The translations under genes and the position numbers were made by a program. Below the pieces are notes generated by a model. The model did no database searches, was not told the DNA's origin, and saw only the letters and a list, made by a program, of their open reading frames with translations. From a virus (lineage: Duplodnaviria > Caudoviricetes), in the IMG/VR virus record IMGVR_UViG_3300025160_000002, positions 1 to 50,950 of that record: a DNA stretch of 50,950 bases, one strand, 5' to 3'. Shown here piece by piece: positions 1 through 8,643 of this stretch; within the stretch, counting starts at the first letter, position 1, and every line of letters begins with the position of its first letter.

Positions 1-99
1 TTTAAATAGAGGTTCTCGTGCTACAAATTCTTTAGCATCTACCCATTCCGTTGGTTCTCCTTCATACTCATCTAAAGGTTTCCAACCTTTTTCACGAGC
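1..99. repeat. 99-bp terminal direct repeat (copy 1); assembly overlap of a circularised contig
   Basis: Identical to 50852-50950; an ORF reads through the join in frame. Confidence 0.97.
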
Positions 100-195
100 T
101 ACATCTTCGTGGGAAGGTTGAGTAGTCTCTTCCTTTTCTTCTTTTACAACTTCTTCAACTATGTCTACTGTATTATCTATTGTTTCAGTTGTCAT
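1..195 (-). CDS. N-terminal 65 codons of the putative scaffolding protein (continues at 50851 down to 50189; about 285 aa in total)
   Basis: ATG at 195 overlaps the end of groES; MTTETIDNTV...AREKGWKPLDEY...WVDAKEFVAREPLFK joins in frame to G-LHKLNRENKK; acidic N-terminus; lies between portal and capsid genes. Confidence 0.8.
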   Translation of the reverse strand, partial: MTTETIDNTVDIVEEVVKEEKEETTQPSHEDVAREKGWKPLDEYEGEPTEWVDAKEFVAREPLFK

Positions 196-514
196 CTAAT
201 TCTTCCTCTACGGCTACTATATCTTTATCATTTAATAGTAAACGATCTAGTCTAATGTTTCCAAAATGATCTGTTAATCTCATTCCAGAATGTCTTTGAT
301 AAAAGACTATATCACCAACTTTGACAGACTTATCTAGCATATCAGCATAAGCGTCTGGACCTATACTTAAAACTTTACCTCGTACTTGAGCTTGTTGTTC
401 TAGTTTTTTTAGTTCTGGGGTAACTAGTACAATGCCGCCTTTTGAGGTTTCTTCTACTTTAATAGGTTCAATTAAAACTCTATATCCTACTGGTCTCGCT
501 CGTTTCATCGTCAT
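185..514 (-). CDS. groS: GroES-like co-chaperonin
   Basis: RPVGYRVLIEP...EETSKGGIVL...GKVLSIGP...VKVGDIVFY...LLNDKDIVA matches the Cpn10 pattern. Confidence 0.9.
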   Translation of the reverse strand: MTMKRARPVGYRVLIEPIKVEETSKGGIVLVTPELKKLEQQAQVRGKVLSIGPDAYADMLDKSVKVGDIVFYQRHSGMRLTDHFGNIRLDRLLLNDKDIVAVEEELDDN

Positions 515-749
515 CTTCTAAAAGATCCTCTAATATTGGGGTTGCACAACTCTCGTATACTTCTGCCATTATCATAGCTTTTGTATAATCTTCTCCTGTT
601 TCGTAAACTGTATTACGTCTAAATCCACCTGCTGCTGCTATTTCTCTACGAACTACTGCTTCTTGTAATAATATATTAAAATAATGCTTTGTTATTGGTA
701 GGTCTAACCAATCTTTTATTTCTTCTTCACTTAGTCTTGCTCTTAACAT
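480..749 (-). CDS. Hypothetical protein in head module
   Basis: ORF overlapping both portal and groES ends. Confidence 0.65.
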   Translation of the reverse strand: MLRARLSEEEIKDWLDLPITKHYFNILLQEAVVRREIAAAGGFRRNTVYETGEDYTKAMIMAEVYESCATPILEDLLEDDDETSETSRI

Positions 750-2685
750 TTACTTTATTATCCTCTTGGATATGGCGCATGGTTGCTTCCATTGCACGTT
801 GTCTTATATCACTTTCTAATTTACCTTTATTCAAATCTATATTAGCATCACCTTGTCTAAGTTTATAGGCAGTCTCTAATTCTTTTCGTTCTTGTTCTCT
901 ACCACGAATAGCTAAGTCACCTTGTACTTTAGCCTCTTCAATACTTAATTCACGGTCTTGTAACATAAGATCTAATGGAGGTTGCTGTTGCTGCTGTTCT
1001 GGTGGAAGCACTTCTTCTGGATTTTCAATCTCATATGCATCATATACACGTTTCAGTACTTCGCGTGGAGGCGCACCAAACTGAATCATCTTCATTAAAA
1101 ATTCAGCTCTCACCATCTTTTGTAATTGACTTACTGCATTAGGATCAGCAGTAGGTACAATGTCCATAGACTCATCTTCATAGTCTTTAGGAGAAACTTC
1201 TAAATCTTTAAGGTCTTCACTCTCTAAGTCTAGTATAGTAAAATATTCTTTATCATCTAAATATAGTTTATTTAGTTTATAGACTTGTCTAATCTCTTCT
1301 GACAAAGCTCTACGTAAGCGTTTATAAATTGCAGTAAAAACCCGCATTCCATTTTCTACGACCGCTTGAGTAGTAGTAGCTTTTTGGTTTTGCCCTGGGT
1401 TTTCGCCTACAAGCATATCAGTTGTTGAACTAATACGTTGGACAGATTCAATTAGCATTTGTAGTAATTGAAATAAAACATTGGAAGGTTCTCTTACTGG
1501 GATAGGTAAAATACCATTACGAATATCTTGCCCAGTAGCATTAACTACTTTCCATTCTCCAGGAGATAGTTCCATACTACCAGTTTTTTGCCTAAACGAT
1601 TTAGCAATAAAACCAGATTGTAGATTAGAAAGAGTACCGGCATCTAGTAATTGATTAATAAGGGTATTAGTAGCTTTATTTAAAGGACTAATAAGATGTC
1701 CAAAACCTATATCATAAAAACCTCCATCAACTGAAGGTATAAACGTATACTTAATATAGTATTGGTCAGGTACAATTTTATTGACCTGACCTTTATTCAT
1801 TGTTATATTTTCTTTTTGAAATCGTGCTACAATTCGTAAAACTTTACGAGTAGCATAATCTACTGTAATAATATAAGGTTCACTGTAGTTATCACCATCT
1901 AAATCATAATACCCATGTTGTTCCAGAATCATACGAGGAACATCATAATTAGTATTAGGCTTACTTAATCCTTGAATTTTATCAGAGACTTGGGTAGTTA
2001 CATCGTTTCTAGGTTGGTCTGTTTCTCCAAATTCACAATCACGAAATAAACCATCATGTATATTTTCCATGATCTCATTAGAAGTCATGGAAAGGATTTC
2101 GGTTAGTCGACAAGTCTTAATATTTTTTGCATAGTAATCAACTACTAAATCTTTAGCAAAAACATGCTTATTAACATTCCGTTCTAAGCTTGGGCTAAAA
2201 TAAACTTTCTTAAATTCAGTACCAGTAATAGGTAATATCAGAAGTAAACGATCCATATCTTCTTCCCATTCAGTCATCTGATCTAGGAATTGATAGTTCA
2301 TATGAGCTTTAACTCTTTCTGCTCGTCTACGTTTAATACCTAGTAAATCTCTTCCAACGGATTTAACATTGACTACATCCCTACTAGGGATTAATGCAGG
2401 GTAAGCTCGTGCATGAAAAGTAATTGCAGCCAAAGACATTAAAGGATATTTAATATTAGCTGCATTAGGCCAAGGCCAAGATTTCTTTTCTTCAACCTGC
2501 ATAGCTAGATTTAGACTAGTCTTATATCGTTCTAACCATCCCTTTCTAGATGCATTATCCGAATCAAAACAATTAACAACTTTATCCCCTATTTCAGATA
2601 AGCAATCTGGCTCTAATAGATCAGCTATATTGTCTACATCTACTAGGTCTTTAATAGTATAACCTTCAGGTAAATAATTATCCAT
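727..2685 (-). CDS. Portal protein (podovirus type)
   Basis: 652 aa directly after TerL; KSWPWPNAANIKYP, FYDIGFGHLI, NQLLDAGTLSN and FTAIYKR motifs typical of this portal family. Confidence 0.9.
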   Translation of the reverse strand: MDNYLPEGYTIKDLVDVDNIADLLEPDCLSEIGDKVVNCFDSDNASRKGWLERYKTSLNLAMQVEEKKSWPWPNAANIKYPLMSLAAITFHARAYPALIPSRDVVNVKSVGRDLLGIKRRRAERVKAHMNYQFLDQMTEWEEDMDRLLLILPITGTEFKKVYFSPSLERNVNKHVFAKDLVVDYYAKNIKTCRLTEILSMTSNEIMENIHDGLFRDCEFGETDQPRNDVTTQVSDKIQGLSKPNTNYDVPRMILEQHGYYDLDGDNYSEPYIITVDYATRKVLRIVARFQKENITMNKGQVNKIVPDQYYIKYTFIPSVDGGFYDIGFGHLISPLNKATNTLINQLLDAGTLSNLQSGFIAKSFRQKTGSMELSPGEWKVVNATGQDIRNGILPIPVREPSNVLFQLLQMLIESVQRISSTTDMLVGENPGQNQKATTTQAVVENGMRVFTAIYKRLRRALSEEIRQVYKLNKLYLDDKEYFTILDLESEDLKDLEVSPKDYEDESMDIVPTADPNAVSQLQKMVRAEFLMKMIQFGAPPREVLKRVYDAYEIENPEEVLPPEQQQQQPPLDLMLQDRELSIEEAKVQGDLAIRGREQERKELETAYKLRQGDANIDLNKGKLESDIRQRAMEATMRHIQEDNKVNVKSKTK

Positions 2686-2687
2686 AC

Positions 2688-4151
2688 CTAATATCCTGTA
2701 AGAGAATCACGGCCAATATATACTGGTTCATAAGTTTCCATCTGCTCTAGATAATCCTCAAGTGCTTGTTGTTTAGACGTCGGGCCTTCATTAAGTTCAT
2801 TAATTGCTATTCCTAACCAAGCTATAGCATCTACTTGATCTTTGTATGTACTCTTCGGGAATTGTAATAACTCTTGTTCAAAGGCTGGATACCATTCAGC
2901 TTCTTTGTCGAAGTATACGCCACCTGCTCGCATTCTAGCTTGAATAGCTCGTGCTCTACTTCGTTTATCTTTAGTAGGTACTCCTGCACTAATGTTTAGG
3001 TATATACCTCTATCATTCATTTTCTCTCTTAATGGACCCATTAAAGTTAATTTAATCTGTCCTTCTTCTACTTTCCATAAATCTATATTATGAAGTCGTT
3101 GTACTTCTAACATAGTATCTATGATGTCATTAGCATCTCCTCTAAACCTAATAACTTGTTTAACAAGGAGTCTACGAAATTGATCTAATCCAGCTACAAC
3201 TAAAACCGTATAAGCTCTTTTATCTTTATCTGATATAGCTAAATCTACACCACAATAATTAGTGGTAAGTAATTTAACCATATCCTCTTCTATAGGTTTA
3301 AAATCTTCTTTTTTAAAATAAGCTTCATTATGTGAAGCAGGATCATTTAACCATTCTTGAGCATACCCTTCTGGATTCCCGGTATTAATATACTCTTGTC
3401 TTATGTTGCGTAGTTCTTGCTCTGACCATTGTTCTGGCCATATGATATCATTAAAATCATCAAAGCCTGCATGAGCTTTATAAAGTTTAGTTACCCAACT
3501 TTTATTTTCCATAAGACTCATTAATAATGAATCCATATGAAGGATAGTCCCTACAACTAACAAATGCCCAGTCTTAGATAGTGCTGGTAATAATGCTTTT
3601 AAAAACCAATTACGGAGTTTTTCTCTACGTTCATCTGATTCTACTAATTCATCATTCTCAAGATCATCAACTATAATCCAATCTGGCCGTTGATTTCTCC
3701 ACTTTAATCCGCGAACTTTTTGTTCTGCTCCTTTGGCTTGTATACGAAATTTATATCCATCATCCATTTCTACAATTATATCAGTAACAGCGTCTTTAAC
3801 TATCTTCCGCACACCAAAATGTCTTTTTAATAAATCATTTTCTTCTAGTTCTGTTTTAATATCCACTAAGAACTGGGAGGCTTGGGATTCAGTATCTGAT
3901 ACAATTATACCATATTTCTTGATTCTAAATAAAAATAAGAATAAAGTTAAAGCATGTGTAATAGCTGTGCTCTTTGCGTGAAATCTAGGGGCTGCAATAG
4001 CAATACGTTTAATACCAGTAGAAGCTAATTCCCATATTTCACGATGAATGGTAGCTATATCTACTGGTGTATCATACCTATCTAATAGGAAAGCTTTAAC
4101 AAAATTATAAACTTGTAAAGAAGTAAACTTACGATTCTTCTGCTGAGTCAT
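2688..4151 (-). CDS. terL: Terminase large subunit
   Basis: Walker A-like APRFHAKST, VRGL, Walker B IIVDDLE, nuclease GVDLAIS and FPKSTYKDQVDA. Confidence 0.95.
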   Translation of the reverse strand: MTQQKNRKFTSLQVYNFVKAFLLDRYDTPVDIATIHREIWELASTGIKRIAIAAPRFHAKSTAITHALTLFLFLFRIKKYGIIVSDTESQASQFLVDIKTELEENDLLKRHFGVRKIVKDAVTDIIVEMDDGYKFRIQAKGAEQKVRGLKWRNQRPDWIIVDDLENDELVESDERREKLRNWFLKALLPALSKTGHLLVVGTILHMDSLLMSLMENKSWVTKLYKAHAGFDDFNDIIWPEQWSEQELRNIRQEYINTGNPEGYAQEWLNDPASHNEAYFKKEDFKPIEEDMVKLLTTNYCGVDLAISDKDKRAYTVLVVAGLDQFRRLLVKQVIRFRGDANDIIDTMLEVQRLHNIDLWKVEEGQIKLTLMGPLREKMNDRGIYLNISAGVPTKDKRSRARAIQARMRAGGVYFDKEAEWYPAFEQELLQFPKSTYKDQVDAIAWLGIAINELNEGPTSKQQALEDYLEQMETYEPVYIGRDSLTGY

Positions 4152-4602
4152 TCATTATAACAGGCTTCTCTAGCGCTTTTTGAATTTCATCTAAACGATC
4201 TTTAGAACTTATTCGCTCTACTCTAGAGGTAACTTGTCCTCGTAGTAATGCTCGTTTTTCTGCTATAATTGAAGTTAAAAGAGCTAGGTCTCTAGCTTTA
4301 ACTGGAACACGTACTTGTTCCCCAGTTTTCTTACTATATTCAATATCACCATTTAGGACTCTATCTTTTAGTGCATCGGTAGTCTGGTGTATAAGTCCCG
4401 TCCATTGAGCATCTAATTGGTCTTGTTTATATGCTTGAGCTTCTTTTATTAACCCTTGGAACCATTCTTGTTTAAGCCAATCATTAATAGTACGCTTAGG
4501 AACAGCACATATTTGGGAGGCTTGCTCTGCATAACCAGTAACTATATAAGCAAATGCAGCATTGATTTTATCATCTAAACTCCATGCCTGTCCTCTAGCC
4601 AT
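4129..4602 (-). CDS. Terminase small subunit (putative)
   Basis: Immediately upstream of terL; N-terminal HTH-like ASQICAVPKRTINDW. Confidence 0.7.
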   Translation of the reverse strand: MARGQAWSLDDKINAAFAYIVTGYAEQASQICAVPKRTINDWLKQEWFQGLIKEAQAYKQDQLDAQWTGLIHQTTDALKDRVLNGDIEYSKKTGEQVRVPVKARDLALLTSIIAEKRALLRGQVTSRVERISSKDRLDEIQKALEKPVIMNDSAEES

Positions 4603-4603
4603 A

Positions 4604-4861
4604 CTATTCTGCTCCAGATTCCTTTAATGCCTTATGGATTTTCATATCTTGTATCATACCAGCACCCCGTAGCATTTCTGAGGAGTCTCCGTACTTACCA
4701 GCTTCAGTTTTTCTAATAGGGGTCATAGCTTCTGTGTCCATATACTTGCCAGGATTACGTGCCTCATCTTTACGATAAGCAGTATTCTCTTTGGTACGTT
4801 GTGCAACTTCCCCTGCTCGTTCTTTTAATAACTTATTGGATTGTTCAGATAATTTAGGCAT
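4604..4861 (-). CDS. Hypothetical protein
   Basis: Tightly packed ORF in the late operon. Confidence 0.65.
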   Translation of the reverse strand: MPKLSEQSNKLLKERAGEVAQRTKENTAYRKDEARNPGKYMDTEAMTPIRKTEAGKYGDSSEMLRGAGMIQDMKIHKALKESGAE

Positions 4862-5525
4862 CGGTAAATAACTCAGGTAATAGGTCGTTAAGATAATATA
4901 TAGGAGTCATATAGTTACGAAAAGGCTGACTAGTCTCTCCCCTAACAATAATACCCAATAATTGGTTCTTATAAAATACCGGGCCTCCAGAACTACCTGG
5001 TCCTGCAATAGAGGTTATAGCCCAAGTATTATTTAAAAAAGGTATATCTATATATGGATTATTATCTTTATAAAGTCCAATATAGGTTGTATACCCTATT
5101 ATCCATTGATTATTAGGATACCCGGTATGTATTAGTTCATCTAATGGGCTAGGAACCTCTTTAGACAGCTTCACAGCTTTGTAGCGATAAGTTGCACAGG
5201 AGTGTGGTAGGGTATATACCAGATACCCTATATCTTCGCTCTGGTGGGTTTGTAGGAGGTCTGGGACTAGGTTAGGAGTCTGGTCTAGTACTAGTTCTTT
5301 TCCCAACTCAATTACATGTTTGGCAGTAACTATAGTAATTACACAAGAAGTATCAGTACTTTGTGTTTCAACTACTACCCCAGAACCGTGCCCTTGGTCA
5401 ACTATAGATAGGTTAACTGTAGAATTCTCTAACTCGTTAATTGTAGGTAACTGTGGTATAACTACGGTATCTAGGAAAAAAAGACTAACTAGTACCACAC
5501 AAACAGACCAAAGAAAGTATTTCAT
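4854..5525 (-). CDS. Membrane-anchored trypsin-like serine protease without PDZ domain
   Basis: N-terminal hydrophobic helix; GSGVVV, TAKHV (His), EDIG (Asp), GSSGGP (Ser). Confidence 0.88.
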   Translation of the reverse strand: MKYFLWSVCVVLVSLFFLDTVVIPQLPTINELENSTVNLSIVDQGHGSGVVVETQSTDTSCVITIVTAKHVIELGKELVLDQTPNLVPDLLQTHQSEDIGYLVYTLPHSCATYRYKAVKLSKEVPSPLDELIHTGYPNNQWIIGYTTYIGLYKDNNPYIDIPFLNNTWAITSIAGPGSSGGPVFYKNQLLGIIVRGETSQPFRNYMTPIYYLNDLLPELFTDA

Positions 5526-5590
5526 ATAAGTAGTTGATTTACTTGTTCTTTTAATTCTTGAATTTTAGACATAGTATGCCTCAACGATAG

Positions 5591-5950
5591 TCTGTTACTC
5601 AGAAATCACTTAGCTACTCATAACGCCCCCAAAAGGGGCTATTCGTAGACAAAGTGAGCCCTATGTACATCGGGTAAATATACCAGGTGTACTTAGAATT
5701 CTATGTAACAGAGATTTCTCTCCAGAATTGGTTTCAACTATATCTATATCAGCGGAACAGTATTTTCGGAACTGAGCAAAACCGTTTACTTCGGGAGTTA
5801 TGGTCCCCATTACCCATTACACTTGTAGGCTATTACGCCACTCGGTAGTAATCACCCCTAACGCTGCTTATCCCTGGGCTAGGTCAATTATAGTGAAACA
5901 CTAGTTCCTTGGCTTAACATCCGGGAGCTAGTAAGTAGGATGCAAGGGTT
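5591..5950 (+). ncRNA. Candidate structured non-coding element
   Basis: No long ORF; nested stems TCTGTTAC/GTAACAGA (5591-98/5705-12), TCACTT/AAGTGA, GCCCC/GGGGC, GTACATC/GGTGTAC, ACTAGTTCCTTGG/CCGGGAGCTAGT; G-U pairs fit the + strand. Confidence 0.4.
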
Positions 5951-5995
5951 GTATAGGTTGGCAGTAAATTTATACTTTTCATACCCTCTCTACTC

Positions 5996-6023
5996 TTAGA
6001 CGCCAAAAACGGTAAAAAGTTTA
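5996..6023 (-). promoter_or_regulatory. ECF (sigmaE/AlgU-type) promoter driving the late operon
   Basis: TAAACTT-N16-TCTAA on the minus strand; 28 bp identical to 20291-20318. Confidence 0.8.
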
Positions 6024-6197
6024 CCATTTTTGAAAATATATTTTTAGAGGGGTCTAAATTCTGGTGTAGTTTGTAGAGAGTTAAGTCTTAAATTGCGTAA
6101 GTTCAGTAGGTAGGCAGGTGTAAATCTATGTAAAACTAAGGTAAACAGCTTAGAATAAGCCTTTTAGAGGTGAGCGAAGGTAGTAAAATGAAAGATG

Positions 6198-6301
6198 TAA
6201 CTCCTTGATTTTTATCTATTTTTCTAGTAGCGTGGCAGATGTGCTCCTAATCTTATAACATGCATCAAGATGTTTCCCCCACCCCCTCTAACTTCTTGAT
6301 T
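6198..6301. promoter_or_regulatory. Two IHF consensus sites (6198-6210 and 6289-6301)
   Basis: TAACTCCTTGATT and TAACTTCTTGATT match YAANNNNTTGATW; further matches at 5527-5539 and 17731-17743. Confidence 0.55.
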
Positions 6302-6702
6302 CTAAAGGCTTTCTCTATACCTTGTATAGCTATACCCTTGCTTATAGTGTGTCTTTTGCTATACGTTAGTAAAACTATCTTATGTCAATGTGTAATTGGA
6401 ATAGTTACACATATACCCTATACTCTAGAATACTAATATGTTACCTTTCGTAACACTTCCTATACATATCACCGTTTATCCGACTGTTTATACCGTCCAT
6501 CTGTTAGAGCTTGCACTACTCGCGCAACAGTTTATCTTGTGCCTTGAACACCTGAACGCCTCTACAGGTAAATGTTTAGAGGGTATAGTCGGAACGGCCG
6601 ATGGTGGCGAGAGGATAATCCCCCGCACCGGAGGGACACAAAAGACTGAACCCGACCTAGTATCTTAGCTTATGGGTAGGCATACCCATAGGAGCACACA
6701 CG

Positions 6703-6900
6703 ATGCGTAAACTTTCATACGATGAAATAACCGAAGTCTTTACCTTGCAAGTCTCGGATGAATACGGGGATGATATCACTAGCTTTACTATCCCAGACTA
6801 TGCTACCAGCTTTAATATCTATGGTTTTGATTGCACAGCACTAAAGCAGTTAGTTAAGCAGTACAGACAACGGCAGGTTCACGCTGACCGTACCGTCTAG
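6703..6900 (+). CDS. Early hypothetical protein
   Basis: AGGAG RBS upstream; ORF bracketed by a long-range stem. Confidence 0.75.
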   Translation: MRKLSYDEITEVFTLQVSDEYGDDITSFTIPDYATSFNIYGFDCTALKQLVKQYRQRQVHADRTV

Positions 6901-6963
6901 TCACTCACTATCCTACCCATAATCTAGGGTACTAGGTTACTTTTCTTATCTGAGGGTTAGGTC

Positions 6964-7119
6964 ATGTTTACTATCTTAATGGACGTAGTAACTGGATTAG
7001 CTTACGGCTTTCTATACGTAGGGCTCTTTATCGTTCTCAACCTGCTTGTTATTCTTTTGTTAGGGCTCGTTGGGTATGGTTTTCGCTTTGTCCTATATAT
7101 AATAGATAGGACACTATGA
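6964..7119 (+). CDS. Small membrane protein (51 aa, below ORF-track cutoff)
   Basis: GAGGG upstream; MFTILMDVVTGLAYGFLYVGLFIVLNLLVILLLGLVGYGFRFVLYIIDRTL; ATGA overlap with the next gene. Confidence 0.65.
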   Translation: MFTILMDVVTGLAYGFLYVGLFIVLNLLVILLLGLVGYGFRFVLYIIDRTL

Positions 7120-7544
7120 GCCTGCAACGGGAGTTGTTAGATACTCATAACATTCTGGAAATTATGAGTAAGTACAAGGTAAGCCGCACTCAGGCCTTCC
7201 AGTTCAAAGCACAAGGATATGCGGTTAGAAGGAGTTATCCGCAAGTTATGCCTAGCAAAGTAGATTATCTAGCCATAGCTAGGCGTAGTGCTTGGTTTAT
7301 GACTAAGCGTACCGGGGATGTTGACCTTCGCCACGAGTGCGAACAAGCGGTATTAGTCAGGTTATGGAAAGACGCGGACAAGGTAGATGCAGCACGAGCT
7401 CCAGACGCGCTAGCACATACCATAGCTAAAACCGCTTGTTTGAACGTGTTGAAATCATGGCGACACAAGGAAGATATATCACTAGACGACTGGCTACCGC
7501 TGTATGAGCAAGACGGTCCAGGTAGTCTAGACATGGATAACTAG
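7116..7544 (+). CDS. Sigma-70 region-2-like protein lacking a C-terminal region 4
   Basis: ECEQAVLVRLWKDADKVD...ALAHTIAKTACLNVLKSWRHKEDISLD resembles ECF region 2. Confidence 0.55.
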   Translation: MSLQRELLDTHNILEIMSKYKVSRTQAFQFKAQGYAVRRSYPQVMPSKVDYLAIARRSAWFMTKRTGDVDLRHECEQAVLVRLWKDADKVDAARAPDALAHTIAKTACLNVLKSWRHKEDISLDDWLPLYEQDGPGSLDMDN

Positions 7545-7553
7545 CAGTAACTT

Positions 7554-7590
7554 AGGCACTGAGTTAATCGCTCAGTGCCTTTTTTTTTTT
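7554..7590 (+). terminator. Rho-independent terminator
   Basis: AGGCACTGAG-TTAATCG-CTCAGTGCCT followed by 10 T. Confidence 0.93.
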
Positions 7591-7748
7591 GATATTTTTC
7601 ATTAGTCCGGTATTGACTATATAGTGTATTCCTTATAACCGCGTGTAACAAGCAAGTGACAGAGTATTCTGGAATACACAGTAGCAGTCCGGTAATGTCT
7701 ATATGATGTACATCGTGTGCTTGACCTTATTAGTAAGAGGGCAGACAC

Positions 7749-8414
7749 ATGGGAAAACCAACAGCAGTTAAGCAAGATATTGATGGTGTAGTTATTGCCG
7801 ATGGCCTTAGCAAAGAGCGGATTATTGTCCTTGCGGATCGTTTGGCGGAACTGGCGGAAGTTAGCCGGAAAGCCGAAAAGATCATCGGAGAGAAGCGTAG
7901 CACTGTTGCAGATGCAATGCTGAGTATCGCTCGCGACTGCGAAGGGATAAAAGAATTTGATACATCCTATTCGCTGGCCACGATTCGCTACAAGGCGAAG
8001 CATCGCTCCAAAGCTGTACCGAAGGTTATGACACAGACTGCGAGCGACATCCGTCGCATGTATTCGCAAGGTGTTGATCTTAAAGGTATCGACGCGGAAA
8101 CTGGTGAAGTACTTACTTATTCAAAGTTGAAGGGTAAGGCCAGCAAGCAACAGCGCGAAGCAGTGAACAAGGCGCGTGAGGCGATCGAGTCTACCAAGCC
8201 GGATTATTTGAAGCGGTTTGAAGGCTTGGTCAGTCTGTTCCTAACGTTTGCAGTGAATCGGCAAACAGAGCAGTATTTTGTTGATTGCAAGGTATTCGAG
8301 GAGATCAACGAACTACTGAGCAACACTGCGAAGGAATGGACTAAGGAGCATCCGCCTATCGTCGAGTCTGTGGAAGATACTACAGGCGACGATTCACTTG
8401 CAGAGGCAGCGTAG
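7749..8414 (+). CDS. Early hypothetical protein (GC-richer than the genome)
   Basis: AAGAGG RBS; 221 aa; bracketed by a long-range stem. Confidence 0.85.
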   Translation: MGKPTAVKQDIDGVVIADGLSKERIIVLADRLAELAEVSRKAEKIIGEKRSTVADAMLSIARDCEGIKEFDTSYSLATIRYKAKHRSKAVPKVMTQTASDIRRMYSQGVDLKGIDAETGEVLTYSKLKGKASKQQREAVNKAREAIESTKPDYLKRFEGLVSLFLTFAVNRQTEQYFVDCKVFEEINELLSNTAKEWTKEHPPIVESVEDTTGDDSLAEAA

Positions 8415-8643
8415 TTTAACCGTCAAGCACATGGTGTACAGATAGCATCCTAGACGTAATAGGGTGCCTATCTAATTGGATTCAAAGAGTCTAATTAGGT
8501 AGAATATGTTTGAGTGCATCGGTTTCCGCTGATCCCGTCGGAAATAATAACGGGGTACATTAAGACGATAGCGCACTTGCAAGGGTGCTTATTGGCAGTA
8601 AGGGCTTTAATCTAAGAATTAACTTAGAGCTACTCTTTTAACG

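Noticed and set aside
2773-2798. Fourth ECF promoter (GAACTT-N15-TCTAA, minus strand) upstream of portal
   Set aside because: Spacer is 15 rather than 16 nt and it lies within terL; possible but unsupported.
5581-5750. Group I intron R/S-like words on the minus strand (CAGACTAT, AGATATAGTT)
   Set aside because: They occur in the wrong order and no interrupted gene flanks them.
6438-6668. 76-aa ORF in the divergent region
   Set aside because: No RBS or recognisable features; overlaps the probable promoter/leader and stem arm.
7613-7639. Sigma70 promoter TTGACT...TATAAC
   Set aside because: Spacer is only 15 nt; position is plausible but not enough to call.
8631-8643. boxA-like TACTCTTTTAACG before the tRNA
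   Set aside because: Imperfect match in AT-rich sequence with no supporting boxB.
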